Shown here: positions 11,401 through 23,942 of the stretch, piece after piece
How positions within the stretch are numbered: the stretch's first letter is position 1
How the letters are laid out: each line of letters starts with the position of its first letter
NCBI GenBank assembly: GCA_963920595.1
Contig: OY986950.1
Location: forward strand, 3,100,001 to 3,164,000
Reading direction: 5' to 3'
DNA length: 64,000 nt
Origin: Eimeria praecox
Taxonomy: Eukaryota
Translations under genes and position numbers: made by a program
The notes under the pieces: model-generated
Seen by the model: the letters and a program-made list of their open reading frames with translations, nothing else
Databases searched by the model: none
Told to the model about the DNA's origin: nothing

Positions 11401-12700
11401 CGTGTAACGTAAATGGCCCATATCATGGTATTATGACCCATTTCAGAATTAAGCTCGCATAAACCCATAGCTTTGCTGTTTATGGTGTCGCGCCCTGTCA
11501 GCCATCCTTGAAGCGTAACAGCAGAAACTGCAGCAAGGAATTGACGGGGAGCTTGCACCTCCTCGGCGTAGCTTCAGATACCAGATCCGCATCAACAGCT
11601 CTATAACTGGGGAGCTTCCAAATCCGTTTCCTTCCTTTTCAGTTGCAAGGGTGGAAATGGTGTTTCTTCTCCCTCTAATGTGGCACTATTGCATCACCTG
11701 CGGTGGTCCCACGCTTTATCCCCTTAGTGCCCTTGCCGCAGCCCCTCCGCCGTGGTACAAATCATTGATACAGAAGCTTCTTATCCATCATTGGGCTTCC
11801 GTTACCCAAGGACTGACAGTTTGAGACCTAGCAGTCCGTGAATAACTTCCCTTCTTCAAGTTTCCTCAGCGTAGCCTGCTCTCTAGCCAACCTGGAAATA
11901 GGCCTGCATGGCAGCGGACGCAGGGAAGTTTTCACAGTCTGGATGATCTCTATCCAGAGTGTGTCCCAGCTTAGACCAGGCCATCATTGTCGTGCCTCAC
12001 CTTCTACTAAAGAACATGCCAGTTGCACCGGCAGTTATTCTGGTGCATGTCCAAACGAAAGTACAGGTGGAGGGGACTAAGGCCTGGCGCAGCGCCATTC
12101 GTCGTTGCCGGAAGGTCAGCAAGCGCGGGGACATGTTTCATGATATGTGTGTGCCTCAAAAACGTGTTCGGCTGGGTGGGATGCAGATACTGCGATTGTG
12201 GTAGCGACGATCATATGTAGCGAGGGTTCTCGTTATTACCTGAGAACAGTCTCCACTGGCAGTAGAGCCAAAGACTCCGGTTGACAGTTCTCTGAAAAGC
12301 AGCTGACCTCCCCTCCAGTCTCTAGGCACCCCCGGCACAGCGGCCCAAGCGCCTGGGGCGGATTACGAGAGGGTGAGGCCTGTCATGAGCGCTTTGCTGC
12401 AACTAGGGGTGCAAGGCAAGCAAGCATGTAAGCACAACCAAGAGTCCGTTTGTGCCTGCTCTAACGCTGCACACGATTGTCAAGCACTTGCTTGGCCCGC
12501 AATAGGCAGCTTGGACGCACGTACAAATGCATGCTCTAACTCTCACGAAAGATGCTCCATCTCGGGCAGCCTACGGGATATATCGGGCTCATTTTGTGCT
12601 CGCATATCGCACTCTTGTGCCTTTATTTGTAGTTTGGCCTTTTTTCTTTTCCTAGCACTGGCACGATGTTGGTCTCTTTGGCATGGTCTCTAAGCTGCCG
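8460..12700 (-). mobile_element. Degenerate Ty3/gypsy (chromovirus-like) LTR retrotransposon, copy 1
   Basis: Diverged direct repeats at ~8480-8788 and ~12315-12600 (e.g. gcatgcatgcgcaatcaagtgt...ctaacgctgta vs gcatgtaagcacaaccaagagt...ctaacgctgca). Minus-strand RT remnant LDQQADELLRIGK / PTSTGALANHSELARTI*IDSQPLNKITAKQKFPILLVVELLGRLHGS (~10795-10990), followed by IEAVFLKQLRDSKYRCKL. Gag-like stretch ~11860-12060; chromodomain-like MHVEELTSRRAQQSKTEYF at ~9050-9110; PPT-like AAGGGGG followed by TGTCA at 8795-8784. Many stops and frameshifts; boundaries approximate. Confidence 0.8.
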
Positions 12701-13129
12701 CGAGTTTCCGTGGCTGCAATCTAACTCCTAGTTCGTGTCACGTATATGATATCACGTCTGTGCTGCTGCATATTTGTACAAGATTGTCTGGATTCACCAG
12801 CTTCCTTAGCCTCTCGAAAGCAGCCTTCCCTTCAGCATGGAGGAAAGGGGCTGTTCTATGCTGCCTATGCTCACGAAATGCACTCACTTCGTATACACCC
12901 CGACACCCCCCTTCCAATGGCTACAACTAGTCATCACAAAACATAAGTGCATGAATGCATGCATGCGTGCAAAAATTGAGCTTGTGCTTTTGCATCAAAG
13001 TAGCTCCACCCATCCCCGCACAAGGGCCCCGTAAAACCCACTCCATAGAAACAGGTTGGGGAGACTGGAAGGGCTGCTGGCTATATCTGGATGAGTCCCT
13101 AAAAAATGAATTGTCAGGATAATGAACGG

Positions 13130-16100
13130 CTACTTCTGCTGTTCGCAGATACTGGGCCCGCCGGGTAAGTGGAACTCCACTGGGGGCTGCTGTTGCTGCT
13201 TGTGCTGCTGCTGCTGGTCGCAGCAGCTAGGTCCTCGAGACAGAGGTACAGCTGCAGCTTGGGTGCGCAGTTCCGCTGCTTGTTGCCTGCATTGCAGCAC
13301 AGCAACAATCAAAGGTGACATGGAGTGAAATGAGCAAGGAACAGGGATGACAGGGATAATAAAAACACGAACTGCAGCGTCGAGCGAAAAGCAGCAGGAA
13401 GGGGAAGGCAGCAGCAAATCCTTTGCGGAAGGCAGCACTTTATGTGGGGAGCATTTCTGTGGTGTCTCCTCTACAATGTAGTCTGTGTAGACAGCGCACC
13501 TAATGCGCTGCAGGTCTGACTTTAACAAGGAGTATGTGTCTCCTATCTCGGCGAGTCTCCGAAGTTCCTGTTAAGCAACACACAGCCGCAGCCACGGCCC
13601 CAGCCATGGAATCAAGCAGCACAGAATAGAAGGCAGGTAAAGACTAGACAGAGCCAAGGGCATTGAAGGACCCTTGTGGGCCTCTGGGGGCCAACGGCGG
13701 CCTCCAGGAACCCCCGCATGCGCCGAGGGTTCGCTGCAAATGCTGGCGCCCGAGGTTTGTTCAGCAGGCAAACGTATTTCTGTGCCCACACCGGCAGAGA
13801 GGCGGCCGAGAGGACGCCGAAACGCGGCAGCAGAGCCAGCACCAGCACCAGAAACAGCACAAAAGGGAACAGATGGCCAAAGCCAAGGGGAGCAACAGAA
13901 CAGCAGGGAGTAGAATGGGGACCAAAGAGCAAGGGGGGGAGGGGGGGGGGGGGGAGGAACAAGAGAAAAAAAGCAAAAAAAAGCAAAACACGGACGGAGA
14001 AACCAACCTGCCTAAGAGAGGAGAAGAGCTCGTGGTGAGGCTGCTGTGCCACTTCAGCGAAAGTGTCGCTACTGGCCAGGCAGGTAGGCCTACAGCAGCG
14101 CACAGACAGAGGCAGACCTACAGAAAGAAAACTAAGAAACAGGGCCATGAGACCCAGACAGGGCGACGGGCGACTAAGAGACAGAGGCACGAGATATTTG
14201 CTAAACGACCACTGGCCCGAAGCCCAGCGGAGCGGCTTCACTCAAATGCTGTGGGGTTTTGCAAGTCCTTGCTAGGACAGGCAGCAGCTCACGTATCTTG
14301 CAGCAGGTCCTGTGTCTGCCAGTCCCATTTCAACAGCACAGATCTGCTCATCTTGGCTTCATCGTTTCGGTCTAGTGCACTATACCATTTGTTTGCTGCA
14401 CCATCCCCTTGGCATGCTGCAGTGTCTCCTGCTGAGCTGTACGTACACTCCAACGCGCGAGGAGACCCAGGCCAGGAAACCTTCGGGGCAGCTACGTTCT
14501 GCCGCTGCAGCGGACGCAGAGGCGTCAGTCGGCATCCTTTCATGGTTTGCTGCAGGTTCCTTCGTTCCTGCTGCTGCTGCTGTCCTTGCTGGTCCTGTTG
14601 ATGCTGCTGTTGCTGTTTCTGGTGGTGCTGCTGCTGCTGCAGCTTCCGCTGCGGTTGTGGTGGGGAGGACAGTTCCTTTTGCGTTTGAGCAGGGTGGACT
14701 TGCTGTTGCTGTTTTTGCTGTTGCTGCTGCCGCTCGTGTAGCTGCCGGTGCGGTTTTGAGGGGGAGCACAGTCCCTTCTGCATCGGGGCGAACTGGGGTT
14801 GCTGTTGTTGCTGCTGCTGCAGCAGCTCCTGTAGTAGGTCTACCCGCCTTTGTGCCTCCAGGAGCTGCTGCTGCAAAGATGAGGCATTCTCGGGGCTGCT
14901 GATCTGCTGTGTGCACGCATTTATCCTGTAGCCTGTCTCCTTCAGCGCCTGAGGGAACGGGGGAAGGCAAATCACACCACACAAAGTTTCGAGGGTTCAA
15001 ACAGCAATCAAGATAGCTAGCTAGCTGGTTGCTAGCTAGCTAGAGAGGTGTCTACGTTGCGCGTGTCCGCCAGTGTCCGAGGGGAGGATGTGGGAAGATG
15101 TGTGTGTGGGAAGATGTGTGTAAGGCTGCTTGTATGGGCAGCAGCATCAAAGGTCTCTGCAGTGGGTCTTGCTTTCTGGCGCCTCACTGTCCGGTGTTGT
15201 CTTTGCTGTAGATTGCTTGTTGAAGGTGTGTTGCTGTGTTGTTGCTGCTGCTGGGCCGCAAGGGTCTGCCTGTGAGCTCCTGCCTGAGCATTCCATACAC
15301 CCCAGTCTGGGCTCTACTCTGTACGCTGCCAACCATCCCACACTGATTGAAGCCCCCGGGAACAGCAGCTGCTGCTGCACCGCATACACTGGCTGATGAG
15401 AAGACAGGCCAGCCCAAGGGCTTGTGTTCATGCAGCTGCCTTCCTCTTCTTTCAAACGCAAGTGAAGCGTATGCACATCTAAAGCATCCATTAAAGCCAA
15501 AAAGGAAAATGAGCCACTAACCTCTCTCAATTGGAAGTTGTGCTGCTGCTGTTGCATGCGCAGGAGCAGCTGTTGGTGTTGCTCCTGCCGCTGTAGCCGT
15601 TGCAGCTGTGGTTGCCCTTGCGGCTCTGGCGGCTGCTGTTGCAGCTGCTGCTGCCACCTTACTGTCAATCCGTTTGGCTTCCGTTGTTGCGTTTGCCTGT
15701 GCGGCATTTTGACTGTGACAGGAGAAAGGGGACCTATACAAGTATCCCCCGGCAGCAAGGGGCTGGAAACCTTGGTTTCTGTTGTTCTCGAGGGGCACAA
15801 GGATCTCTCCCTCAACGGAATCGGTGCAGAATAGCACTCCCCTGCGCTCGTGTTTCGTGTCTGGCTTTGCGTGGTGTATGTACACCTCGGTGCCACAGAA
15901 CAGCTACGAGGAGGGGCCCTGCATATCTTCCCTCTGGGGGGCGTAAGTGTCATGGAGCTATTTCCCCCAACCCTGTTGTCCGATCTTGCCTTCCTAATCC
16001 CCGCAGCAACACTAATAACAGGAGCAGCAGCAGTCGTAGAGGCTGTTGCCGTTGCTGCTGCTGCTGGTAGTGCGCTGTTTGGTGTGTCTCTTGAGTACTC

Positions 16101-17223
16101 TGAGTGGGAGCAGCAAACACGAAACAAACAGCAGCGCCTCAGAAGGTCAAGCAGTGCCGACTCTCCCCATGACTGAATGGTGCATCTATGAGTAAACAGA
16201 GACAGCTAGCTGTAGCTGGCTATCTCTGCATCTCCTTGACTCAACAGGCAGACAAGGAGAGACTAACCCCTCTGTGGCACGCGGCTGCTGTCCCCCAACA
16301 CCCTCACGCGAAGTCCCAAATGATTCTGAAGGCAAAGGTAAACACAGATAGCGAAGAGTTGAAGTCAACAGCAGGAAAATTCAAACATGGCTTTTTTAAC
16401 TTGCTGCCACCTTCAGCTCTTTCAATTACTTGAGGATCGCATCCGTAGGGTTTAGGGTTTAGGGTTCTGCTGACGTACACAAGAGCGTCGCCTTAGCCTG
16501 GAAAGCCAATCAGGATCTCCTCTCCCTTCTGAAGGCCATTTAGGTTGAGGGATTCCTTCTCCAGGGTCAGGAGGTGGTGGCTTCGCATCAAACCCAGGGC
16601 CAGGTGCCCGCCTGCACGCCCAACATAGCTGATAGGAGCTCCTTAACAAGTGTTGATAGTAACTCCTTAAGGAGTGATTAGCTGCAGCCTTCGTTTATTC
16701 ATAAAGCCCTCATAGAGCATCAGGAAGCAAAACTGAGACAACTGCCCCAGGTTTCATGTTCTAGGGTTTAAGGTTTAGGACTTGGGGTTGACGGTTGACT
16801 GGCAAGGGAGTCGACCGCAGCCGCACCTTGGAAGGCCCCAAGACCTCAGCATAAGAGCTTCTTCTTCTTCCAGAGCTGGAGGCAAAGCAACATCAGCAAG
16901 CATGAGGCAGACGATGTTGCGCAAGCGGCTCTGCTTCACGTGGAACTGTTCACGACACGGGAACGCATGCAGAGACATCCGGGTAGACCGCAGCTACAGC
17001 ACAAGCCTACGCGTACGTATCCACGCATTTGCATACACTCATGCATGCACTGCAGCATGCGCACATACACTGCAGCACATGCACCGGGATATCTCAAGGG
17101 CTATGGGCTTGGGAGGAGAAAGCAGGGCCCTATGAAGGCCGCAGGACCGCAGGTGGACCTACACCGTAGCTGTTCCACCAGTCTGTCAGCGACGTCAGAT
17201 GCATCTTCAGGAGCCCTCAGCAT
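13130..17223 (-). CDS. Spliced hypothetical protein (Q-rich, coiled-coil segments)
   Basis: Exon-like segments with canonical junctions at ~17223-17165, ~16944-16826, ~16130-15522, ~14948-14293, ~13567-13500 (ELRRLAEIGDTYSLLKSDLQRIR) and ~13286-13130. Telomere-like arrays at ~16447-16465 and ~16763-16778 fall in predicted introns. No family recognised. Confidence 0.5.
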
Positions 17224-19299
17224 ATTCTCTCCCCAGCAAATGCAGCACAGCACGATTCGGTGTCTACTGCCCCTGACTCTCGACACGGGACTGCCAGTGA
17301 CTTCAGCCGCAGCTCAACTGCTGCCTTGAAAATGGGGAAGAACTACAAGCAATAAGCAGGCAACTCGTTGAAGAATGTGCCTGCGAAGTTGGAGGCTGAC
17401 GAATCTTCAGTAAGCCGATGCTTGCCCCTGGGACGCTACGAGCACGCCCGCGCAACTCAGGTGAATCTGCTGCTGTTGCAGCAGGAAAGAGGAGGAAAAG
17501 AAGCAGTTTGCAGCACTTTTAAACTCATATGGAGGTGAAGAAAACCCCTATTTATTGGTGTTTATCGCTTTGTTCTGCGGCTTGTGCTGTGGCCCATTGG
17601 CTGCCGCCGACTGACGTCGATTCAGAGAGCTGCGCGGTGTCCAGCGGGATACTTGAGCATGTGTTACTGATTTTTTGCATTCGATTTTTAAAAGCAAATA
17701 ATGAGGTTTCAAGAAAAGGGTAGTATCAGATGGGTCAAGACACAAAGTTCCGCACAGCCGTGGGGCCGCACGCACGAATCCGCCGGACTGGCGACCAACA
17801 AACAACACAGCGACGGTTCTTGACAGGAAGGGAAGCCCGGGATTGCTTTCACCTTGTCTTCTCTTTTTAAGCAACACTATATTTCAAAGAATACAAATAA
17901 AACAAAAAGCTTTGTGCAGCCAATGTGGCTGCCGACGAGGGAAAACGTAGCACAGCTGTTTTCCATCTGCCACCGCCGGACGGCTTGTCGTCGTGTGCAC
18001 CAAACTCCGCTTGTAAGCTCGGCTCCTCAGAGCCATATATTGCATTTTCTTGCATGTGAAATGCATATTAAATGCAAGCAATAGTGTGCGTTTGGCCCAA
18101 GGAGCTTAAGGAGTCCCTGTGCTCCGAGCTTCCGGCCTTTCTTATCTTTCACAAAATAGCGGGAACCGAGCCTCGAGCCCCAAATGCCATTTGCAGAAAA
18201 GTTGCCAGGTTTCGATGCGCAGTATGGCATTTAGTTGTGCAGTTTCAAGTAGATGGAAGCATTTCCAGGCAGAAAATCTGTGGAAGATCATAAAGACCCA
18301 TGCATCGACGGCATAAGACGTAGGCGCCCTTATGGACCCCGTTTCTTTGCGCGGGTTGGCATTCTTTCGAAACAAATATTTTTGTTGGAGGCACAGCAAA
18401 GGGAAGTTTGACTTCCAGTTTCCCTGCTCGCCACCTATCGTGGAGTTCATCGCCAAATTTACGTGTCTTTCCTCGCGAATCTTGGGTCATGCCTGTAATG
18501 AGCAGCGCTCTCGGCTGTCACTACTTATCGGCCCTATGCACACCTAAGCAGGCGCATTCTAGCGATATGTACTCTATACTCAACGTTGAACCCTTAAAAT
18601 GGCCTTAAATTGACCATGAAATAACAATGAATAGCCTGTCATTCGCATCCCGATCCCATTCTCCCAAAGGAGCATAAGAAAACCAAATCATTCCTGCTAC
18701 TGGCCCCTTGCGGCCCAGTGGCTCGGTTACAGTGCCAGTCTCTCAGCTAACGTCAGCCCTCGCAGAACTAACTTGGCCTGATTTCTTGACTCCCTGTCTA
18801 ATGTGGCTTTATATGTGCCTAGCAATGTATTGTTTGTGCTCTCTCTGTCTGACAGTACGTGCAGAAGGCCTGTTCTGTACTTCTTCGGTGCATTTGTTTT
18901 TTCGTATTTATAGAATTATTTGTGCTTACCGCAAGAAGGTATTAACCCTCACGGTTACTTTTGTTGAAATGCCTCCTTAAAGGGGAGCTGCAAATATCCC
19001 GATTTGCGCTGTATAAGGGAGTTGCCGAGGTTGGCGAAATTAAGGTTTGAACTGATAAGCTAGCTCCCAGCACGATTAGCGGTAGATGCCTATCTAGTGA
19101 AATATGGCAGAAATATTATGCTATAACTGCAAAACTACTCTAAAGATATAGCTATTGCCCTAGGGCGGCACCAGAGCCTCGTTGAATGGTTCGTGCACGA
19201 GTGTTGTCTCATACAGCAGATGTCGTTGCTATTGAAAGTCTGAAGAAAGAACTGTTCGACCATATTCTCCCTATCATATATTTGTATATCTACGGGAAA

Positions 19300-20120
19300 G
19301 GAGGCATATCTTCCCTTGGTGTTGCCTATGTGGGGAGAGATGCAGCAAAGGGCGCGGTGAGACGGCGTCTCGCTGCCTCCTCCCTGCAGCCGCAGAGATT
19401 CTCGCTGCCGTTACCCGGAAGTCTGAAGGAAATACTAGCAGCATCTGCTTCGCGTTGAGCGCCTTCCCATTTCTTCATCCCACGAGTGTTCTGTGTGAGG
19501 ACCGCCGAACCTAATTGCACGGGCGATTGCTGGAATCGGGCCTCACTTCCACCCCCGGCTGCGGTACTGATATAGCAAGGAGGAACCTGATAAGGTGCTG
19601 GCGGTCACGTGTGCCAAATGTCCAGAGCTAAAGAAGGCCCCAACCCTCATTTTAAGGTCTGCGGCAAGGGTGGACGGCCATCACGAAATGCCAGTAGAAA
19701 AACTCAAACGGAAGTCTCCCGAGTGGTAGCGACCGTCCTTTCTTGTCTGTAGGCAGCGTCAAGGGCAGCTTCCTGTCAGACTCCCGAATGTGGAATAGAG
19801 AAAAGACACTTCTGTGTGGCTTTGCAGGTCTTTGCAGGACTGTCCGCTGCAAGTATGTGCATATGCATCACAATAGCACAAGGGGAAGGCCGATCGCTCA
19901 GAAGAAAGGGGTAAAACTTCTGCCTCTGCCTATTTGCGCCTCCTTCTTACTTCGCAAGGAGAAGGTGCTGGACAGCATGCGACACACAAGCCGTACGATG
20001 CCCCGGGTTTGGTGTTTCTGCAGCGAGACTCTTCTCTTTGCCTGATGACCTCAGCGAGGTACGATAGAGAGGAAGGCTTACGAAAGGGGTACTCAACAAA
20101 GCAAAAAAGCCACCTCCAGT
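19300..20120 (-). mobile_element. Truncated internal (leader/gag-like) region of a third copy of the same LTR retrotransposon
   Basis: Sequence just downstream of the LTR copy at ~20120-20360 resembles, by eye, the post-LTR leader of copy 1 (caggcaaagagaagagtctcgct vs caggtaataacgagaaccctcgct). It also weakly resembles the gag segment of copy 2. Confidence 0.4.
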
Positions 20121-23100
20121 ACCTACGAGCCGTAGAGACACCGGCCCAACGACCTTAGGCTCCTGTGGAGGGAGTATGACCGTCGTGAGTTGGAACGCAT
20201 CTTGCTGCAACTAGTCCTGTGCGGCAACCATGCATGCAAGCACAATTAAACCCATTTCGCTGCATGCGCCAACACTGTAAGCAATTGTTAAGCACATAGT
20301 TTGTAATCAGCGAGCGAGATGAGCGCATTTAGACATACATGTACCAGCTTCACACATATTACAATTGCCTTCCTGTCTCCCCCCATCAGCACTAGCCCAC
20401 AGGCACCTGGCCCCCGACAAGAAAAGGAAGGAAAAGAAAAATAACGAAAAAAGGGTGGACGAGAAGCACATGGAAATGCAGATCCGCTATGCTGCTGCAG
20501 CTGCCAGCGCGCTCGCCCGCTCACTGGCCAAATGGCCGCTGATGTCGCTCTATGCCGTCCGATTTGGTTGAGACCCGCTTTTCGATGGGGGCAGCCCAAC
20601 TTAGTAAAAAATAGGCATAGTCCTGCAGGCAATATGCCACGCCGGTGACTGTGTGGGCGACAGTCAAGCCTGCCCTAAAAGGGGCGGCCCCTTTTGGGGT
20701 AAGCCTGACTGCTGGAAAATGTAGGAGTGTTGCTGGCAGCAGTATCGTCCACCTATAGGCAAGGAGGCTAGCGTAGGTCATGGGATGGAAATAAGCAGCT
20801 CATGAAAAGGTGCAGAGAGAAAGATATGAACTGCTTCTGGCTCGTGGTAGGGGAAGCCTCACCATATTGCTGAGCGCAGCCGAACTTTGTGCGTCGCCAC
20901 CCATCCCAACCACGCCTGCAGTCACTGCACGCTAAGTTGAGGAGGGCAGGAAGATGCTCCCAAGCAACTGTGCCACACAAGTAATCCTCAGAAACCTACT
21001 CGGACTGCCTGTATGCTGGCAATTGGACTTAATACGTGCACTTTTGGGGCTTTGCAACCTGTTTTGGGTGCGTCCAGGATCTCAATCCCCTCCACTTGTT
21101 CCTTTTCTAAGCTGCCATTTCGTAGAGATAGCTCGAAGGAAATTCGACGTCTCCTTGAACAGTTGAAGAAAAGCAGGTTTATTAGTTCCGCCTTGAGAGA
21201 AGTCTAGGATATAGAACAGCGCATTTAGGCCGATAAGAAACAGCGGCTGGCAGGTGAGTGTGTGGAGAGCAGTGTTTGCGTGCCATTCGGATGTACTGGG
21301 ATATGCAAAAACGCACCAGGTAAGTCAGATGACCAACATCCTTCTGAGCCCTGAAGCCTGTAAGGTGGTTCGTCTATCCGCCGAATCGAAAAATTTTGCT
21401 ATGTCGTGATAATGCTGAGGCTTCAGGTCGGTGCTCACGCGCCACATCACGTCCTTTCCCTTCGCTAACGCAGAGTAGTTTCCAAGCGCTTCAGTCGAAG
21501 ATCGAATTCTTACTTTGTGTATTTTTAGCAGTGATCCTACTTGAGCCTTGATTTCGCCTTCAAGGCTCGGAACAAAGCTTGAACTGTTCCATATGTGCGT
21601 TCAGCGCGGTGCATTGGGCGTCTAGCGGGTATCAAGCCCCCTGAAAGCTACGTCTTTTTGAGTGCATCTAACAAATATTTTTTCAGTTGAATCCAACTGT
21701 GCTATCGCGGCTGTTATATGGATCGAATAACACACAAGCGCGCTGTTGTCCACTACGGCAAAATGTATGCATGCATACATGCATGCATACCTGCCGTTTT
21801 CTGCAACACCTCTGCTCTGTGGAGAAGGCCCCGTGTTTCTTTTTTCTCGGGGCACTGACTCCCACCCACTTACCACGGAGGGCACAAATGCTTTTTGGAG
21901 CACTGAGAGATGCCCTCTCTCCTTTGTGCCACGCATATGGAGATCAATGGTGTCCTATGCAGGCCGCGTGTTCGCCCTTCATTATCGTGGTACGGGCCCT
22001 TTTATAGGACCAGTTTACTTTAGGCTCATCTTAGATAGGTAGGGCACTCATATCCAAGCGTATCGACGACTATTCGTTAGTAAATTTGTCGAATAAAAGT
22101 GCCAGTATCACGGTGGTATAGCTCATTTCTGAGCTGGGCTAGCATATGGCGCCCGTAGGATTGCACATAATTGTGCCATGTCTGCCAAGTTTCGAGCCTA
22201 TCAATGAAGCGCTGTTCACCAAGGCCTGATACTTCTCAATATACCTGTTTGTCGATAACAATTTTGTCATGGAGTGGTAGCTTGCTGTTCTGGGAATAAG
22301 GCTGCGCTGCAGGGCACGCCAGAAAGTTTCCACACTCGTGAACTGCCCCCCGAAATGGTACCCTAGCTGTAATAAACCAACATTCGCGCGTCTTCCCCTT
22401 TGTGCCTAATGAGGACGGTGCCAATAGCAGCCTTAACTCTTCAGGTGCAGTATACAGAAGAACATACAACTGAAGGGGAGCAAAAAGCCTCTTCTTTGCC
22501 CCTGCGCCTGGACGCCAGTAATATCTGAGCAGTCTGAAAGCGCGCTGGCAAGCTCCATGAATTCATTCTGCCGTAAAGGCATTTTGGCTGCAAGGTAATC
22601 AAGATACTGAGCGCGTTTAAACGGGGTTAGTTGCCATTAAGAAAGAGGAAAGGTTGGGTGAAGCTTCAACCAAGATCTTAGGGAGAATCTATCAAGAATT
22701 TGCTACAAATCCCTTAGCTACTAAACACTGATATACACCAGCATGACTGCCTTCGGGGGCCAGGCTTCTTGCATTCATTTGTTCCAGCGAACCATGGGAT
22801 GCCAGCAAGTAAAGCGAAGGGTCCTGGGTTTTATATGCGGAACGCCATGAGCTATAATAGGGTCAAATGTTTGAGAATGCTCTAGAAGCAGGTGGCCTGC
22901 CCTTCAGTCCCCAGGCACTTTGGGTACACCGGTACAAGCGGCTAGCGCTAGTGGAGAGAGGAGGCAGCCTGTCAGGAGCTGCAACGCGCCTTCGTGCAAC
23001 TACTGCTGGATGACAGGCCTACATGCATGCATCATCAGCCCTCCCTAGGCATTTGCGCTAGCATTCTAAACAGCTGTTATATTATGGGGCCCTCTATATC

Positions 23101-23200
23101 CCTGAGCATAAGTAGTGCCATCACACATGCATAACGCAGTCCCCGCACTATGCTGTGCTTGATATTGGTACTCGTATCCCCACACCCTGATCGCCTCACT
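20120..23200 (-). mobile_element. Degenerate, internally deleted Ty3/gypsy LTR retrotransposon, copy 2
   Basis: LTR copies at ~20120-20360 and ~22890-23100, homologous to those of copy 1. Minus-strand RT remnant EGEIKAQVGSLLKIHKVRIRSSTEALGNYSALAKGKDVMWRVSTDLKP, then after a frameshift LSIITT*QNFSIRRIDEPPYRLQGSEGCWSSDLPGAFLHIPVHP (~21285-21570), which matches the gypsy RT N-terminal blocks. Gag-like ETFWRALQRSLIPRTASY...IEKYQALV at ~22220-22335; weak integrase-like STKSDGIERHQR at ~20535-20570. Confidence 0.82.
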
Positions 23201-23942
23201 TTGGAGCGACCTACATCGCAGTCTAGGAGGCTGGCGCATGCAACGTAGGGTTACCGGCTGTGTGCGCATGTGGGGTCCCTGGCAGTACCCTAGCTGCAGC
23301 AGCGGCTGCCGTGCCCGCGTCCCCACCAGCGCCAGGCCCTTCCGTGCCAAACACGCCTGGAGGATGAAGGGGAGAAGGTATTTTGGGCGAATTCTCTCCT
23401 TATGTATTTGACCCTACTGCAGCCTTTGACAGTCCTAGGCTAAGATCTAGGAATCTCATTACGGTTGCCCGCAATAGCTGGTTGCTGATGATGCGGCAGA
23501 CACGGAGCGTATTAGCATCCTTTGCTTACTCATCAAAGGACTGAATACATCCTCTAAACAAGATTAGTTAGGCGTTCAACTAGCCCTAGCGATTTGTTTC
23601 TCATGAGTGCTTTGAGATTCCGAGACCGGAGGCGCACACGATACTGCTTACGTGAAGTCCGCAGGAAGAACCAAAATATTGTCTTACTTTCAATTTAATT
23701 ATATCAAACAGTTGGCTTAACTTAACAGCATTACCTAGAGATAAATGATTGTCCCGTCGCTTTTGGTTTTGGGGCTTTCCCAGCAAAACGGCGGCCTTCA
23801 TGGCGCCCCACCCCACGCCCCTCACCTGGCTGCTGTGGCCGCTGCAATGCATGCCTTTGAAATTTACCAACAGCGTTTTGAATTTGCTGTGTGGGCGTTT
23901 CTCTTTGAAGCTAAAGGTATTTTCCTCGCCTTCCACAGCAAA

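Noticed and set aside
11577..11590. TGGTATC on the minus strand as a tRNA-Met primer-binding site
   Set aside because: About 700 bp inside the element rather than adjacent to the 5' LTR; no convincing PBS was found.
13663..14601. 312-aa plus-strand ORF
   Set aside because: Antisense to a better-supported spliced minus-strand gene and largely low-complexity intron sequence.
17810..17870. 'GESNPGLP' translation reminiscent of an antisense tRNA
   Set aside because: No GTTCRA T-loop or cloverleaf stems in the DNA.
23745..23942. N-terminal extension of the RPL6 ORF (apparent signal peptide)
   Set aside because: eL6 is cytosolic; the AAAATG at 23943 is the better start, and the upstream part is probably 5' UTR.
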